Numbered from the stretch's first letter, positions 51,086 to 60,703 are shown. The stretch: DNA of 64,000 bases from an uncultured delta proteobacterium (GCA_963767925.1 CAVYGB010000002.1:608001-672000), one strand, 5' to 3'. The notes: generated by a model not told the origin, from the letters alone. Translations and numbers: made by a program.

Positions 51086-51287
51086 GATCGGCTCGAAGAT
51101 AGCAGAAGCAGCGGCGGAGAAGCGAGGGCGCCAGATCCGGCGCGGGCCGTAGGGCGACGGAAGCGGTGGGTGGCCGTCCGCCCGACGGCCTTGTATTGTC
51201 GCCTCCCATCACATGCCCATACGATTGTTTCCCCGCGAGATCTCCCCGTCGACCCGTTCGGGGCGCCCCTGATGACCGAGGCCGCTC

Positions 51288-52301
51288 TTGGATAGCCACT
51301 TCCTGCTCGTGTGCGCGGTGGTGCTGGCCGCGCTGGTGTTCGACTTCATCAACGGCTTTCACGACGCCGCCAACTCCATCGCCACCGTCGTGTCGACCCG
51401 GGTGCTCAGCCCGCGGCAGGCGGTGGCCTGGGCGGCGTTCTTCAACTTCGTGGCCTTCGCCGTCTTCGACCTGCACGTCGCCAGCACCATCGGCAAGGGC
51501 ATCGTCGCCCCCGACGTGGTCGACATGGCGGTCATCATCGGCGCCCTCGGCGGGGCCATCGCCTGGAACCTGCTCACCTGGTGGGGGGGCCTGCCCTCCA
51601 GCTCCTCGCACGCCCTGGTGGGGGGGCTGATCGGGGCGGGGATCTGCAAGGCCGGGCTGGGCGCCCTCGGCTGGTCGAAGATCGGCATCACCGCCCTGTT
51701 CATCGTCGTCTCGCCGGTGCTGGGCCTCCTCGGGTCGAGCCTGCTGATGATCGGCCTGAGCTGGCTGCTGCGCCGGCAGTCCCACGGCCGGGTGGACCTG
51801 TGGTTCCGCCGCTTGCAGCTCGTCTCCGCCGCCGCCTTCAGCCTCAACCACGGCGGCAACGACGCCCAGAAGACCATGGGCATCATCGTGGTGCTGCTCT
51901 TCTCCCAGGGCTACATGGGCCAGACCTTCCCCACCAGCGAGCAGATCCCCTTCTGGATCGTGCTCTCCTGCCACGCCGCCATGGGCCTCGGCACCCTCAG
52001 CGGCGGCTGGCGCATCGTCAAGACCATGGGCATGCGCCTGACCAAGCTGCGCCCCTTCGGCGGCTTCTGCGCCGAGACCGGCGGCTCCGCCGCCATCTTC
52101 ATCGCGACCTTGCTGGGCGTCCCCGTCTCCACCACCCACACCATCACCGGCGCCATCGTCGGCGTCGGCGCCGTGACCCGCCCCAGCTCCGTCCGCTGGG
52201 CCATCGCCCGCCGCATCCTCTGGGCCTGGATCTTCACCATCCCCGCCTCCGCCGCCATCGCCGCCATCACCTACCTCCTGGCCCGCGCCGCCGGCATCTG
52301 A
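51288..52301 (+). CDS. pit: Inorganic phosphate transporter, PiT family
   Basis: NGFHDAANSIAT, GLPSSSSHALVGG, HGGNDAQKTMG, PVSTTH. Confidence 0.95.
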   Translation: MDSHFLLVCAVVLAALVFDFINGFHDAANSIATVVSTRVLSPRQAVAWAAFFNFVAFAVFDLHVASTIGKGIVAPDVVDMAVIIGALGGAIAWNLLTWWGGLPSSSSHALVGGLIGAGICKAGLGALGWSKIGITALFIVVSPVLGLLGSSLLMIGLSWLLRRQSHGRVDLWFRRLQLVSAAAFSLNHGGNDAQKTMGIIVVLLFSQGYMGQTFPTSEQIPFWIVLSCHAAMGLGTLSGGWRIVKTMGMRLTKLRPFGGFCAETGGSAAIFIATLLGVPVSTTHTITGAIVGVGAVTRPSSVRWAIARRILWAWIFTIPASAAIAAITYLLARAAGI

Positions 52302-52512
52302 CCCGGGTCAGGCGTGGCCTGCACGCCTCTGCAGATGGAAGAGGTTTTCCACCTACTCCCGCGTCCATGAAGATCGGGAACATCGCGCGATCATCGACCC
52401 CCAAGACGATTCAGCCAGTTCCGCTGATTGACGACATCGTCGCCTCGCTTCTCCTAGGCTCTCTCGAGCTCTTCGAGCTTGTCCGCGTGCAGGGAGTGCG
52501 GACCAAATAGCT

Positions 52513-53085
52513 TCAGCCGGCGCTGCCGATGCCAGAAGCTCGGGAGGCGGCGTCCCACTGGTCGTGTAGACCCAGATCGGCAATCCACCGACGAAGGTAG
52601 TCGAAGTCCAGCTGTCCCGCTCGAATCCGAAGAATTCCAGCGGCATCGTCAATCTGCCTGTCAGAGGCTCCGAGCTTGGCCCACTCGAGCTTGGCAAGGA
52701 GAACGTCTTCAGCCGTGGCGACAGCGAGTCTGACTCCCTGGATGTCGACAAATTCACGGCGATCGAACTCCGTCCGACTGAACGGCCGTGCCTTACGAAC
52801 GATGAGGTCGACCTTCCAACCAGTGGCAAAATCAATCACGTTGAATTGCCCCTGCCGCTTCTGAGCGTCCAGTGCCGACTCCTCATCGACGTAGTATTCG
52901 GTTTCGGGCAGCGCCTTCACGAGAGCCTTGATCTGCTCCGCCGTGGGAGCGATGACGACGTCGATGTCTTGAGTCGCCCGCGGAGATCCATGGTACGAGC
53001 TCGCGAACGAGCCGGTCAGCATGTATGGAATGCCAGCACGCTCGAGGATGCCGACCATTCGTCGGAACACATCCTCCGCGGTCAT
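52513..53085 (-). CDS. Nucleotidyltransferase-fold toxin, MenT1/DUF6036-like
   Basis: YMLTGSFASSYHGSPRATQDIDVVI (GS..DxD), VATAEDVLLAKL, DRQIDD; lower GC than flanks. Confidence 0.75.
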   Translation of the reverse strand: MTAEDVFRRMVGILERAGIPYMLTGSFASSYHGSPRATQDIDVVIAPTAEQIKALVKALPETEYYVDEESALDAQKRQGQFNVIDFATGWKVDLIVRKARPFSRTEFDRREFVDIQGVRLAVATAEDVLLAKLEWAKLGASDRQIDDAAGILRIRAGQLDFDYLRRWIADLGLHDQWDAASRASGIGSAG

Positions 53086-53306
53086 CTCAGGGGCGGTGGA
53101 AGGGGCGTTGTTCCGAATGCGTAGCGCAGCAGCTCGCGCTTGAGATCTGAATCTGACCAGTCGGGATGCTCGCGCCGGAGCCGAGCGATGGATAGCTGGC
53201 GCGTCATGATGCTCATCTCGAGCGCGAGCTGCAGGCGTTCGGCCCCCGAGAGCCTTCTGTGGATTCCGACCTGGATGGCAATCGCCTGTGAGGTTGTGTC
53301 GCGCAT
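53082..53306 (-). CDS. Small helical antitoxin, MenA1-like
   Basis: AERLQLALEM...ARLRREHPD; ATGA overlap with the NTase gene. Confidence 0.7.
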   Translation of the reverse strand: MRDTTSQAIAIQVGIHRRLSGAERLQLALEMSIMTRQLSIARLRREHPDWSDSDLKRELLRYAFGTTPLPPPLR

Positions 53307-53518
53307 TTCGTTCTCGACGGTGGAGCCGGCCAACCTCGTCGAGAAGGGTGATCCTAACATAAGAAACAGCGCATCCTTTCGTGCCGCCACGGCCACCTGC
53401 TGACCTCGAGTCCTGCCAAATCTCCGGGAATCGAAGTCCCGGGCGCAAGGTCGCGGACCGGAACCGGAGCAGCAAGAAACGTCAGGAAGGGCCCAGGGGG
53501 ATGGGATACCGGAGGGGG

Positions 53519-53968
53519 ATGGGTACCTTTTCTGGAGCGGACGCGGCGCCTGAGGCGGAGCGGATCCGCTGGCCTTGGGCGCTGCTCGGGTTCGTCCTCC
53601 TGGAGGTCGCGCTGATCGGCGCGGCGTTTGGGTGGGTGGCGATCTACTCGTATCTGATCGAACCGGGGCGGGATCGAGCGGCGTACGAGGCGTATGCCCA
53701 GGTGGCCAGCCCGATCGTCTCGATCGTGGCGGGTGTGCCGGTGTTCTGGGGGGCGGGGCGGATCCTGCGTGGGCGCCTGCAGCGGGACGCGTCCCGCACG
53801 GCGTTGCTGCTGGGCGGGGTCTACCTGGCGGTGGACGGGCTGATGGTCCTCACCATGGCGGGCGGCCAGCGGTACATTCTGGCGGTGGCTGCGGTCGGCT
53901 ATCTGACGAAGATCGGCGCGCTCTACCTGGGGGTGCGGGGTCTCCCGCCGGCGGCGCGCGGGGGGTGA
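53519..53968 (+). CDS. Four-TM hypothetical membrane protein
   Basis: Four hydrophobic segments; SD ggagg. Confidence 0.75.
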   Translation: MGTFSGADAAPEAERIRWPWALLGFVLLEVALIGAAFGWVAIYSYLIEPGRDRAAYEAYAQVASPIVSIVAGVPVFWGAGRILRGRLQRDASRTALLLGGVYLAVDGLMVLTMAGGQRYILAVAAVGYLTKIGALYLGVRGLPPAARGG

Positions 53969-53975
53969 GGGGGAC

Positions 53976-54983
53976 GTGCGGGCGGAGGTGTTGAACCGCG
54001 TCCTGGTGCACGTGCAGGCCAACCTCGAGGAGGACCTGGCGCTGGGGAGCCTGGCGCGGCTGGCCGGGCTGTCTCCGTTTCACTTCGAGCGCCAGTTCTC
54101 GCGGCTGGTCGGCGAGACCGTCAAGCAGTACACCCAGCGGCTCCGCCTCGAGCGCGCCGCCATCCGCCTCCTCCTGCACCGGAGCCGCGTCCTCGACATC
54201 GCCCTCGACTGCGGCTTCCAGGGCCCCGAGACCTTCACCCGCGCCTTTCGCCGCCGCTACGGCCTGTCCCCCCGTGGCTACCGCCAGCGCGGGTTCCCCC
54301 GCCCGCCGCGCCCCGCCCCGCCGCCCCGGACAGCGCGTCCGCTGGACGGCGCCGTCACCGAGCTGTCGTCGACCACGCTGCAGTCTCTGGAAGACCTGCA
54401 CCTCGCCTTCATCCGCCACACCGGCCCCTACGAGCAGGTCAGCGAGACCCTCTGGGCCGATCTGACCACCTGGGCCCGCCGCCACCGGATCCCCGAGCCC
54501 TTCATCCTGCTCGGCATCGGCCACGACGCCCCCGGCATCACCGCGCCCGACAAGCTGCGCTTCGACGCCGCCCTCCGCGTCCCCGGCCCCCTCCGGACCA
54601 CGGGCCGCATCGGCTATCAGCTCCTCACCGGCCGAACCTTCGCCGTCACCACCCACGTCGGCCCCTACGACCTCCTCCCCGCCGCCTACCACGAGCTCGT
54701 GTACGGCGCGAGCCGCCTTCCAGTCGGCAAGCGACGAACCGCCCTGGAGGAATACCTCCACGGCGTCGTGCGACGGTCGTTTCCCGTGCTTCCGTACGAC
54801 GACACCGCGGCGGAATGGCATGGAAAGGAAAGAGCCCGGCTCGAGGAGAGCGGACCAACACCGCCGTTTGTCGATGGCCAGATCGCGGCCATCGCATGCA
54901 CCATGGGCCTCACTCTGGTCACCTCGAACACGAGGGACTTTGCATGGTTCTCGGATCTGAAGATCGCGGATTGGAGCCGCTGA
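53976..54983 (+). CDS. AraC HTH + partial GyrI-like domain fused in frame to the C-terminal part of a PIN/VapC domain
   Basis: LARLAGLSPFHFERQF..IALDCGF..FTRAFRR; HTGPY..LRFDA..HVGPY; then HELVYG..LPYD..VDGQIAAIA..LVTSNTRDF..DW. Confidence 0.85.
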   Translation: MRAEVLNRVLVHVQANLEEDLALGSLARLAGLSPFHFERQFSRLVGETVKQYTQRLRLERAAIRLLLHRSRVLDIALDCGFQGPETFTRAFRRRYGLSPRGYRQRGFPRPPRPAPPPRTARPLDGAVTELSSTTLQSLEDLHLAFIRHTGPYEQVSETLWADLTTWARRHRIPEPFILLGIGHDAPGITAPDKLRFDAALRVPGPLRTTGRIGYQLLTGRTFAVTTHVGPYDLLPAAYHELVYGASRLPVGKRRTALEEYLHGVVRRSFPVLPYDDTAAEWHGKERARLEESGPTPPFVDGQIAAIACTMGLTLVTSNTRDFAWFSDLKIADWSR

Positions 54984-55026
54984 ACGCGATCTAACCCCCC
55001 CATCGCCCGCGCAATCTCGACGCGGT

Positions 55027-55072
55027 GCCCACCCCCCCTTGTAATGACGCTGCTTCACAAGGGGGGGTGGGC
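55027..55072. terminator. 16-bp perfect inverted repeat (terminator/REP-like)
   Basis: gcccacccccccttgt ... acaagggggggtgggc. Confidence 0.6.
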
Positions 55073-55223
55073 CCAATATAATGGTGTGCACTCGCGAGCG
55101 GTTGCGCCCACACGAGCCCCAGACCTTCATCGGGGGGCGGTTCGGCTTGCTGGTCCGGTAGCGGAAGTCCGGGATCCTTTGGGGGTTCCGGGCGGCGATG
55201 GACGACCATTGGAGGTCCCGGTC

Positions 55224-57314
55224 ATGAAGAACCGTGTGGTGCTCGTGTTGGGCTGGCCTGCGCTCGTGCTGGCGCTGGGCGGCTGCATCGGCAACCTGGG
55301 GGGGACGGTCGAGGGGGTGCCGGGAATGGCGCCGGGGCCGGGGCAGCCGACTGACCCGCTGCCGCCGCCGCCCTTCGAGGCGGTGTCGCCGGCTGCGGCG
55401 GCGGCGAAGGTGAAAGACGTCCTCACGGGGTTGCCGCTGGCGGCGGAGGAGCTGGCGGCGGTGACGGGGGATCGGGGGGCGCTGCGCGGGTTGATCGACG
55501 TCTGGATGGGGTTGCCCCAGTTCGACGAGAAGATGCTCGAGTTCTGGAAGAGCGCTTTTCAGCAGACCCAGCTCGACGTGACCGACCTCGACGAGCAGCT
55601 CCGGCTCGACAGCGCGGACGTCAACCGCGAGGACCAGCGGCGCATGCTCACCAGCGTCGAGGAGAGCTTCACCCGCACGGTGATGGCGCTCGTCGACGAG
55701 GGGCGGCCCTTCACCGAGACGGTGACCACCACCCGGTTCATGTTGAACCTGCCGATGATGGTGGCGCTGTCGTACATGGACGCCGCTCCCCGCAACGACA
55801 CCGGGCGGGCGGTGGCGGGCGGCTACTGGCTGATGAACAAATACGGGGGCCCCTCCTTCCGCATGACCATGGTGACGGGGGTCGACCCGCTCACCGGGCT
55901 GGCGGCGGCGCCCATCCCGATCGAGCAGACGCTGGATCCGACAAGCCCGAACTTCATGCGCTTCAACTTCCAGCAGCCCGATCCGGCCCGCTACATGCCG
56001 TGCGCCGAGCCGGTGACGGTGATGGGGGCACGGGCGTTCGAGCGGGTGTTCGGGGCCCTGTTCGGCAGCCGCGACGCCTGCCAGGGGGCGCCCAATGGGC
56101 CTTCGCAGTTCAGCGAGGCGGACTGGAACACCTGGCGCATGGTGGAGATCCGGCCGCCCCGCGCGGGCGAGGAGCGGACGGCCTTCTGGGACCTCGGCCG
56201 CCTGCGCGATCCCGCCACCCGCGAGCTGGTGCTGGCCATGCCCCGGGTCGGGTTCATGACCACCCTGGGCTTCTTCGCCAACTGGCCCACCAACCCGAGC
56301 AACACCTTCCGCGTCACCACCAACCAGGCGCTGATCGTGGCGCTGGGGCGCAGCTTCGACGATCGCACCACCACCGTGCAGGTGGCGGAGACCAGCGTCG
56401 AGGCGATGCACGTGGAGCCCAACTCGCCCTGCTACGGCTGCCACGTGACGCTGGATCCGATGCGGGACTTCTTCCGCCAGAGCTACTCCATCACCTATTA
56501 CCAGCAGCTCGAGGTGAGCCGACGCAACCCGGTGCCGGTCGAGGCGGTCTTCACGGTCGACGGCAGCACGCCGGTGCGAGGCAAGGGGGTGCAGGCCTTC
56601 GCCCAGGCGATGGTGGCCCACCCCCGCTTCGCGGTGGCCTGGGCCCAGAAGCTGTGCCACTTCGCCAACGCCACCTCTTGCCACGAGGACGATCCGGAGT
56701 TCGAGCGGGTCGTCGCCGCCTTCCGGGCCAGCAACCACGACTGGAAGACGCTGGTGCGCGAGCTGTACGCCTCGCCGCTGGTGACCTACGGCGCGCAGAC
56801 CAAGACCACCGAGGCCGACGGCGCCGTCATCTCCATCGCCCGCCGGGAGACGCTGTGCACCCGCCTGAGCAACCGGCTGGGGATGCCCGACGCTTGCAAC
56901 ATCAAGGGGCAGTCCGGGCTGGCCCGGGCCGCCGCCACCTCGGCCCGCAACCTGTCGTTCGGCATCGCCGGGTCGTCTTACGCCCGGGCCGACGAGAAGC
57001 CGGTCATGCCCCACGACCCCAACCTGTTCTTCTCCTCGGCCACCGAGAAGCTGTGCATGTTGCTGGCCGCCCAGCTCGTCGACGGCAACCTGAGCCCCCG
57101 CTGGCGGGCCGCCGCCTTCAACCCCGCCCTCGACGACTTCGTGCACGTCGTGATGGGGGTGCCGGCCAACGACGAGCGCGCGGCCGCCCTGCGGCTGGTG
57201 CTGGCTCGCCACTTCGACGCCGCCCTCGCGGCGAAAGAGCGGCCGGCCGACGCGCTCCGATCCACCTTCGTGCTGGCGTGCTCCTCACCGCTGGCGGTTT
57301 CTTCAGGCCTGTAG
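55224..57314 (+). CDS. Large lipoprotein of the DUF1549/1553/1585/1588-like class with one CxxCH
   Basis: SD ggagg; lipobox LGGC; KVKDVLTG, GFMTT..FF..WPTN..N..R, CYGCHVTLDP; upstream of a DUF1501 gene. Confidence 0.7.
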   Translation: MKNRVVLVLGWPALVLALGGCIGNLGGTVEGVPGMAPGPGQPTDPLPPPPFEAVSPAAAAAKVKDVLTGLPLAAEELAAVTGDRGALRGLIDVWMGLPQFDEKMLEFWKSAFQQTQLDVTDLDEQLRLDSADVNREDQRRMLTSVEESFTRTVMALVDEGRPFTETVTTTRFMLNLPMMVALSYMDAAPRNDTGRAVAGGYWLMNKYGGPSFRMTMVTGVDPLTGLAAAPIPIEQTLDPTSPNFMRFNFQQPDPARYMPCAEPVTVMGARAFERVFGALFGSRDACQGAPNGPSQFSEADWNTWRMVEIRPPRAGEERTAFWDLGRLRDPATRELVLAMPRVGFMTTLGFFANWPTNPSNTFRVTTNQALIVALGRSFDDRTTTVQVAETSVEAMHVEPNSPCYGCHVTLDPMRDFFRQSYSITYYQQLEVSRRNPVPVEAVFTVDGSTPVRGKGVQAFAQAMVAHPRFAVAWAQKLCHFANATSCHEDDPEFERVVAAFRASNHDWKTLVRELYASPLVTYGAQTKTTEADGAVISIARRETLCTRLSNRLGMPDACNIKGQSGLARAAATSARNLSFGIAGSSYARADEKPVMPHDPNLFFSSATEKLCMLLAAQLVDGNLSPRWRAAAFNPALDDFVHVVMGVPANDERAAALRLVLARHFDAALAAKERPADALRSTFVLACSSPLAVSSGL

Positions 57315-57327
57315 AAAGGGAGACGCC

Positions 57328-58653
57328 ATGGACAACGACAACCGTGGAACCCACAGCCGCCGCAGCCTCCTCAAGACCACGCTGTTCGGGGGCAGCGGCC
57401 TCGGCCTCAAGGCGCTCGCCGCCGGCGTGCCGGTCTCCTTCCTCGTCCGCCCGCTCGAGGCCCGGGCCGAGGTGTACCAGTGCGCCGACAAGCCCAAGGC
57501 GCAGTACCTGATCCTCAGCACCAGCTCGGCCGGCGATCCCCTCAACGCCAACGTGCCCGGGACCTACGACTTCCCGGACATCGTGCACGCCGCCGATCCG
57601 CGCATGGCCCCTACCCCGATCAGCCTCGGCGGCAAGCCCTACACGGCGGCCCAGCTCTGGTCGACCTTGCCCCCCTGGGTGCTCGATCGGACGGCGTTTT
57701 TCCACCACGCCACCCTCACCAACAACCACGCCAACCTGCCCAAGGTGCTGCGCCTGATGGGCCAGACCGCCAAGCAGGAGATGTTGCCCTCCATCTTCGC
57801 CAAGTACCTGGCCCCCTGCTTCGGCACCGTGCAGGTGGATCCCATCTCGGCCGGGGCGGGCGACCTGCTCAGCATCGATGGGCGCAGCTTGCCCAACGTG
57901 GCCCCCACCGGCCTGCGCGATCTCCTCACCCGCCCCAACAGCCCCCTCACCCGGCTGCAGGCCATGCGCGACAGCGGGCTCGACGAGATCAACACCATCC
58001 TCAAGGAGCGGGGCACCCAGGCCCAGCGGCGTTACCTCGACAGCCTGGCCCTGTCCCGGCAGCAGGCCCGCTCGCTGGGCAGCGACCTGCTCGACATGCT
58101 CTCGGCCATCCGCAGCGACCGGCCCGACGGGCAGGTGGCGGCGGCGGTGGCCCTCATCAAGATGAACGTGGCCCCGGTTGTCACCATCCGCATCCCCTTC
58201 GGGGGGGACAACCACACCGACGACCAGCTCATGCGCTCGGAGGTCCCGCAGCACGCCACCGCCATCGCCCAGATCGGCGTCCTCATGGAGTCGCTGCGCG
58301 CGGCCGGGCTGCAGGACCAGGTGACCTTCGCGGCCTACAACGTCTTCGGGCGCACCCTGAAGAAGAACGGGCTCGAGGGGCGCGACCACTGGGGCAGCCA
58401 CCACGCCACCGTCATGATGGGCAAGCAGATCCGGGCCGGCGTCATCGGCGGGCTCGAGCCCAAGGCGATGGACTACTACGCCACCCCCATCGACAGCGCG
58501 AGCGGCCTGCCCCGCCCGGGCGGCGGCGACATCCCCTTCGGCGAGACCCTGGCCGCCATGGGCAAGACCCTCGGCGCGGCGCTGGGCATCGCCCCCGACG
58601 CCCTCGACCGGAACATCTCCGGCGGCAAGGTGGTCAGCGCCGCGGTGACCTAG
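57328..58653 (+). CDS. DUF1501-like Tat-exported protein
   Basis: SRRSLLK Tat motif; GGDNH, FGRT..GRDHW, GVIGG. Confidence 0.75.
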   Translation: MDNDNRGTHSRRSLLKTTLFGGSGLGLKALAAGVPVSFLVRPLEARAEVYQCADKPKAQYLILSTSSAGDPLNANVPGTYDFPDIVHAADPRMAPTPISLGGKPYTAAQLWSTLPPWVLDRTAFFHHATLTNNHANLPKVLRLMGQTAKQEMLPSIFAKYLAPCFGTVQVDPISAGAGDLLSIDGRSLPNVAPTGLRDLLTRPNSPLTRLQAMRDSGLDEINTILKERGTQAQRRYLDSLALSRQQARSLGSDLLDMLSAIRSDRPDGQVAAAVALIKMNVAPVVTIRIPFGGDNHTDDQLMRSEVPQHATAIAQIGVLMESLRAAGLQDQVTFAAYNVFGRTLKKNGLEGRDHWGSHHATVMMGKQIRAGVIGGLEPKAMDYYATPIDSASGLPRPGGGDIPFGETLAAMGKTLGAALGIAPDALDRNISGGKVVSAAVT

Positions 58654-60703
58654 CGAGGGTCGAGCCGGGGGCCCCGCCGGAGACGGCGGGGCGCGCCGAG
58701 GGCAGGGTCTCGCGACGCAGGTCGCGGGAAAAGTCGATCAGCAGGCGGTGCCCGGCGTGGACCAGGTCGTAGCGCGAGCGGCCGTAGGCGACGCGGGTGT
58801 AGGGGTTGTCGAAGCGGGGGTGATCCCCCTGGGGGATCACGGTGCCGTCGACCCGCAGGGGGCCGTCCCAGTCGAAGGTGACGAGGCCGACCCCGGGGGC
58901 GCCGTAGCGGACGGAGCGGTTGGTGGCGCGGATGGGGGCGGCGAGGATGCGGTGGACGAAGACGGCGAACGAGCCGTCGACCTTCTCCCGCCCCATCTGG
59001 CAGACCCAGACGTGGTGCCGGCCCTGGGCGACGAGCCCGTCGCCGCCGAGGCCGTCGCCGGGTGACCAGGTGGTCGGCAGGCGCGACCAGAGCGCCAGGT
59101 AGCCCTGCCCCTTGCGCCCGAAGGTCCAGCCCCCCGCCTGCACCACCTCGTCGAACGACTCGCGCCGGAACATGGCCCGGGTGCGCAGGACGAGCGGCTC
59201 CTCCGAGGGGGCCAGTGAGGGGACGGCGTCGTCGACCGCGTCGGGGGGCAAGACGGTGCGCGGTCCCGGCGGGCGGTCGGCGGGCAGGTCGTAGATCGCC
59301 ACCAGCACGTTGCGGTGCTGGGCGGCCCGGGGCAGCCGCCCCTGCCAGTACTTGCGCGAGGCCCCCGGGTTCATGGTGAAGACCGAGGTGCTGGGCCCCA
59401 GCGTCGCCTGCCAGATGTGCTGCTGCGAGCCGGGCGCCCCCTTGCGGTAGTCGAGCGCGGCCGAGAGCTGGTAGTCGGGGGTGCGGAAGGTGACCTTGTC
59501 GACCCGGCGCAGACTGCTGCTGTCGAGGTCGTCCACCGGCGCCCCCCGCCGCTGCAGCTCCCGGTAGGTCTCGAGCAGGGCCACGATGTAGGGGCGCATC
59601 ACCAGCCCGTAGCGATAAAACTGCAGCCCGTCGGTGACGCGCAGGCTGCGCTCGATGTACCCGATCGAGGAGAGCTTGCCCCCCTCGTGCAGCAGGAAGA
59701 AGTCGTCGGGGTCGTCGAAGCTCAGCCCCAGGCGGGGGCCGTCCTCGACCCGCAGGCTCTGGCGCTCGCGGTTGATGAGCTCCTCCGGCCGGTCCTGGGC
59801 GATGCGCTCGATGGTGCGCGGCACCCGGTAGCGCCGGCCGGTGGCCAGATAGATGCTGGCGTAGTTGTCCGGCTTGCCGAGGCTGCCCACCCCCCAGGCC
59901 AGCCGCTGCAGGCCGCCGCTGTCCTCGCCGGGGCCGCCGGCCAGGATGCCCCGGAGCTGGGCCCGGCCGTGGGAGGTGCCGTAATTGCCCTGGAAGGTGT
60001 CGACTGCCATGTCGAAGAACATGACGTCGAGGAGCATGGACGCCCGCCGGCGCAGCCGTTCGTCCTGGCCCAGCTCGGTCACGTTGAGCAGAGCCGAGAT
60101 GGAGGCGACGTAACAGTTGTTCGAGTCCCACTCGTTGAACCCGGTGCGCGCCTTGATGTCGATCCAGCGCAACAGCCGTTCCTTGCCCCGTTGCTCGTGC
60201 CAGCGCCCCGGTTTGCCGTTGTTGCTGAAGATCTCGTCGGGGAAGGCCTGGCCGGCCAGGTACTGGGCGGCGTGATAGGCCACCTGATGGTTCTCCGCCC
60301 ACATCGACAGCAGGTCCCGGCCGCCCGGCTCGTCGGCCCAATATTTGAACCCCAGCAGCGCCGCCTCGATCTCCGCGCGAAGCGCGGGCGAGACCAGCGG
60401 GCTGTCCCGGTAGCTAAGGATGCGCAGCAGGCCGTTGGCGACGAAGTTGCCGCCATCGCGGCGGGCGCGCAGGCCCGCCACCGCGTTGCGCACGGCCTGC
60501 TCGTCGAGCGGTCCCCGCGCCAGCTCGAGCCGGGCGATCTGCGAATACAGGCCGCCCGAGGCGGCGGAGGCCGCGTGCTCGAGGAACATCGCGCGCCGGC
60601 TCTCGTAGGTGCCGCGCGGCTCGGCCCAGTAGGCCGCGGGCCCCGGCGAACCCGGGCCGTTCGCCGCGACCAGCAAGACCAAGATTGGCAAGAACACCGA
60701 CAT
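58634..60703 (-). CDS. Secreted hypothetical protein (possible heparinase II/III- or lyase-like fold)
   Basis: Signal peptide; FKYW, WAENHQ, GFNEWDS, SHGR, QQHIWQATL; strong codon bias. Confidence 0.65.
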   Translation of the reverse strand: MSVFLPILVLLVAANGPGSPGPAAYWAEPRGTYESRRAMFLEHAASAASGGLYSQIARLELARGPLDEQAVRNAVAGLRARRDGGNFVANGLLRILSYRDSPLVSPALRAEIEAALLGFKYWADEPGGRDLLSMWAENHQVAYHAAQYLAGQAFPDEIFSNNGKPGRWHEQRGKERLLRWIDIKARTGFNEWDSNNCYVASISALLNVTELGQDERLRRRASMLLDVMFFDMAVDTFQGNYGTSHGRAQLRGILAGGPGEDSGGLQRLAWGVGSLGKPDNYASIYLATGRRYRVPRTIERIAQDRPEELINRERQSLRVEDGPRLGLSFDDPDDFFLLHEGGKLSSIGYIERSLRVTDGLQFYRYGLVMRPYIVALLETYRELQRRGAPVDDLDSSSLRRVDKVTFRTPDYQLSAALDYRKGAPGSQQHIWQATLGPSTSVFTMNPGASRKYWQGRLPRAAQHRNVLVAIYDLPADRPPGPRTVLPPDAVDDAVPSLAPSEEPLVLRTRAMFRRESFDEVVQAGGWTFGRKGQGYLALWSRLPTTWSPGDGLGGDGLVAQGRHHVWVCQMGREKVDGSFAVFVHRILAAPIRATNRSVRYGAPGVGLVTFDWDGPLRVDGTVIPQGDHPRFDNPYTRVAYGRSRYDLVHAGHRLLIDFSRDLRRETLPSARPAVSGGAPGSTLARSPRR

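Noticed and set aside
50899..51110. T-box riboswitch or intrinsic terminator upstream of metG
   Set aside because: No T-box UGGNACC bulge or stem I, and no U-tract after the hairpins; the leader-peptide model fits better
52367..52510. 47-aa ORF convergent with the NTase toxin
   Set aside because: No SD or recognisable family; probably decayed island DNA
53850..57212. Very long antisense ORFs (e.g. 1120 aa here, also 9974-12529 and 23269-25530)
   Set aside because: Shadow ORFs of real genes, caused by stop-codon scarcity at high GC
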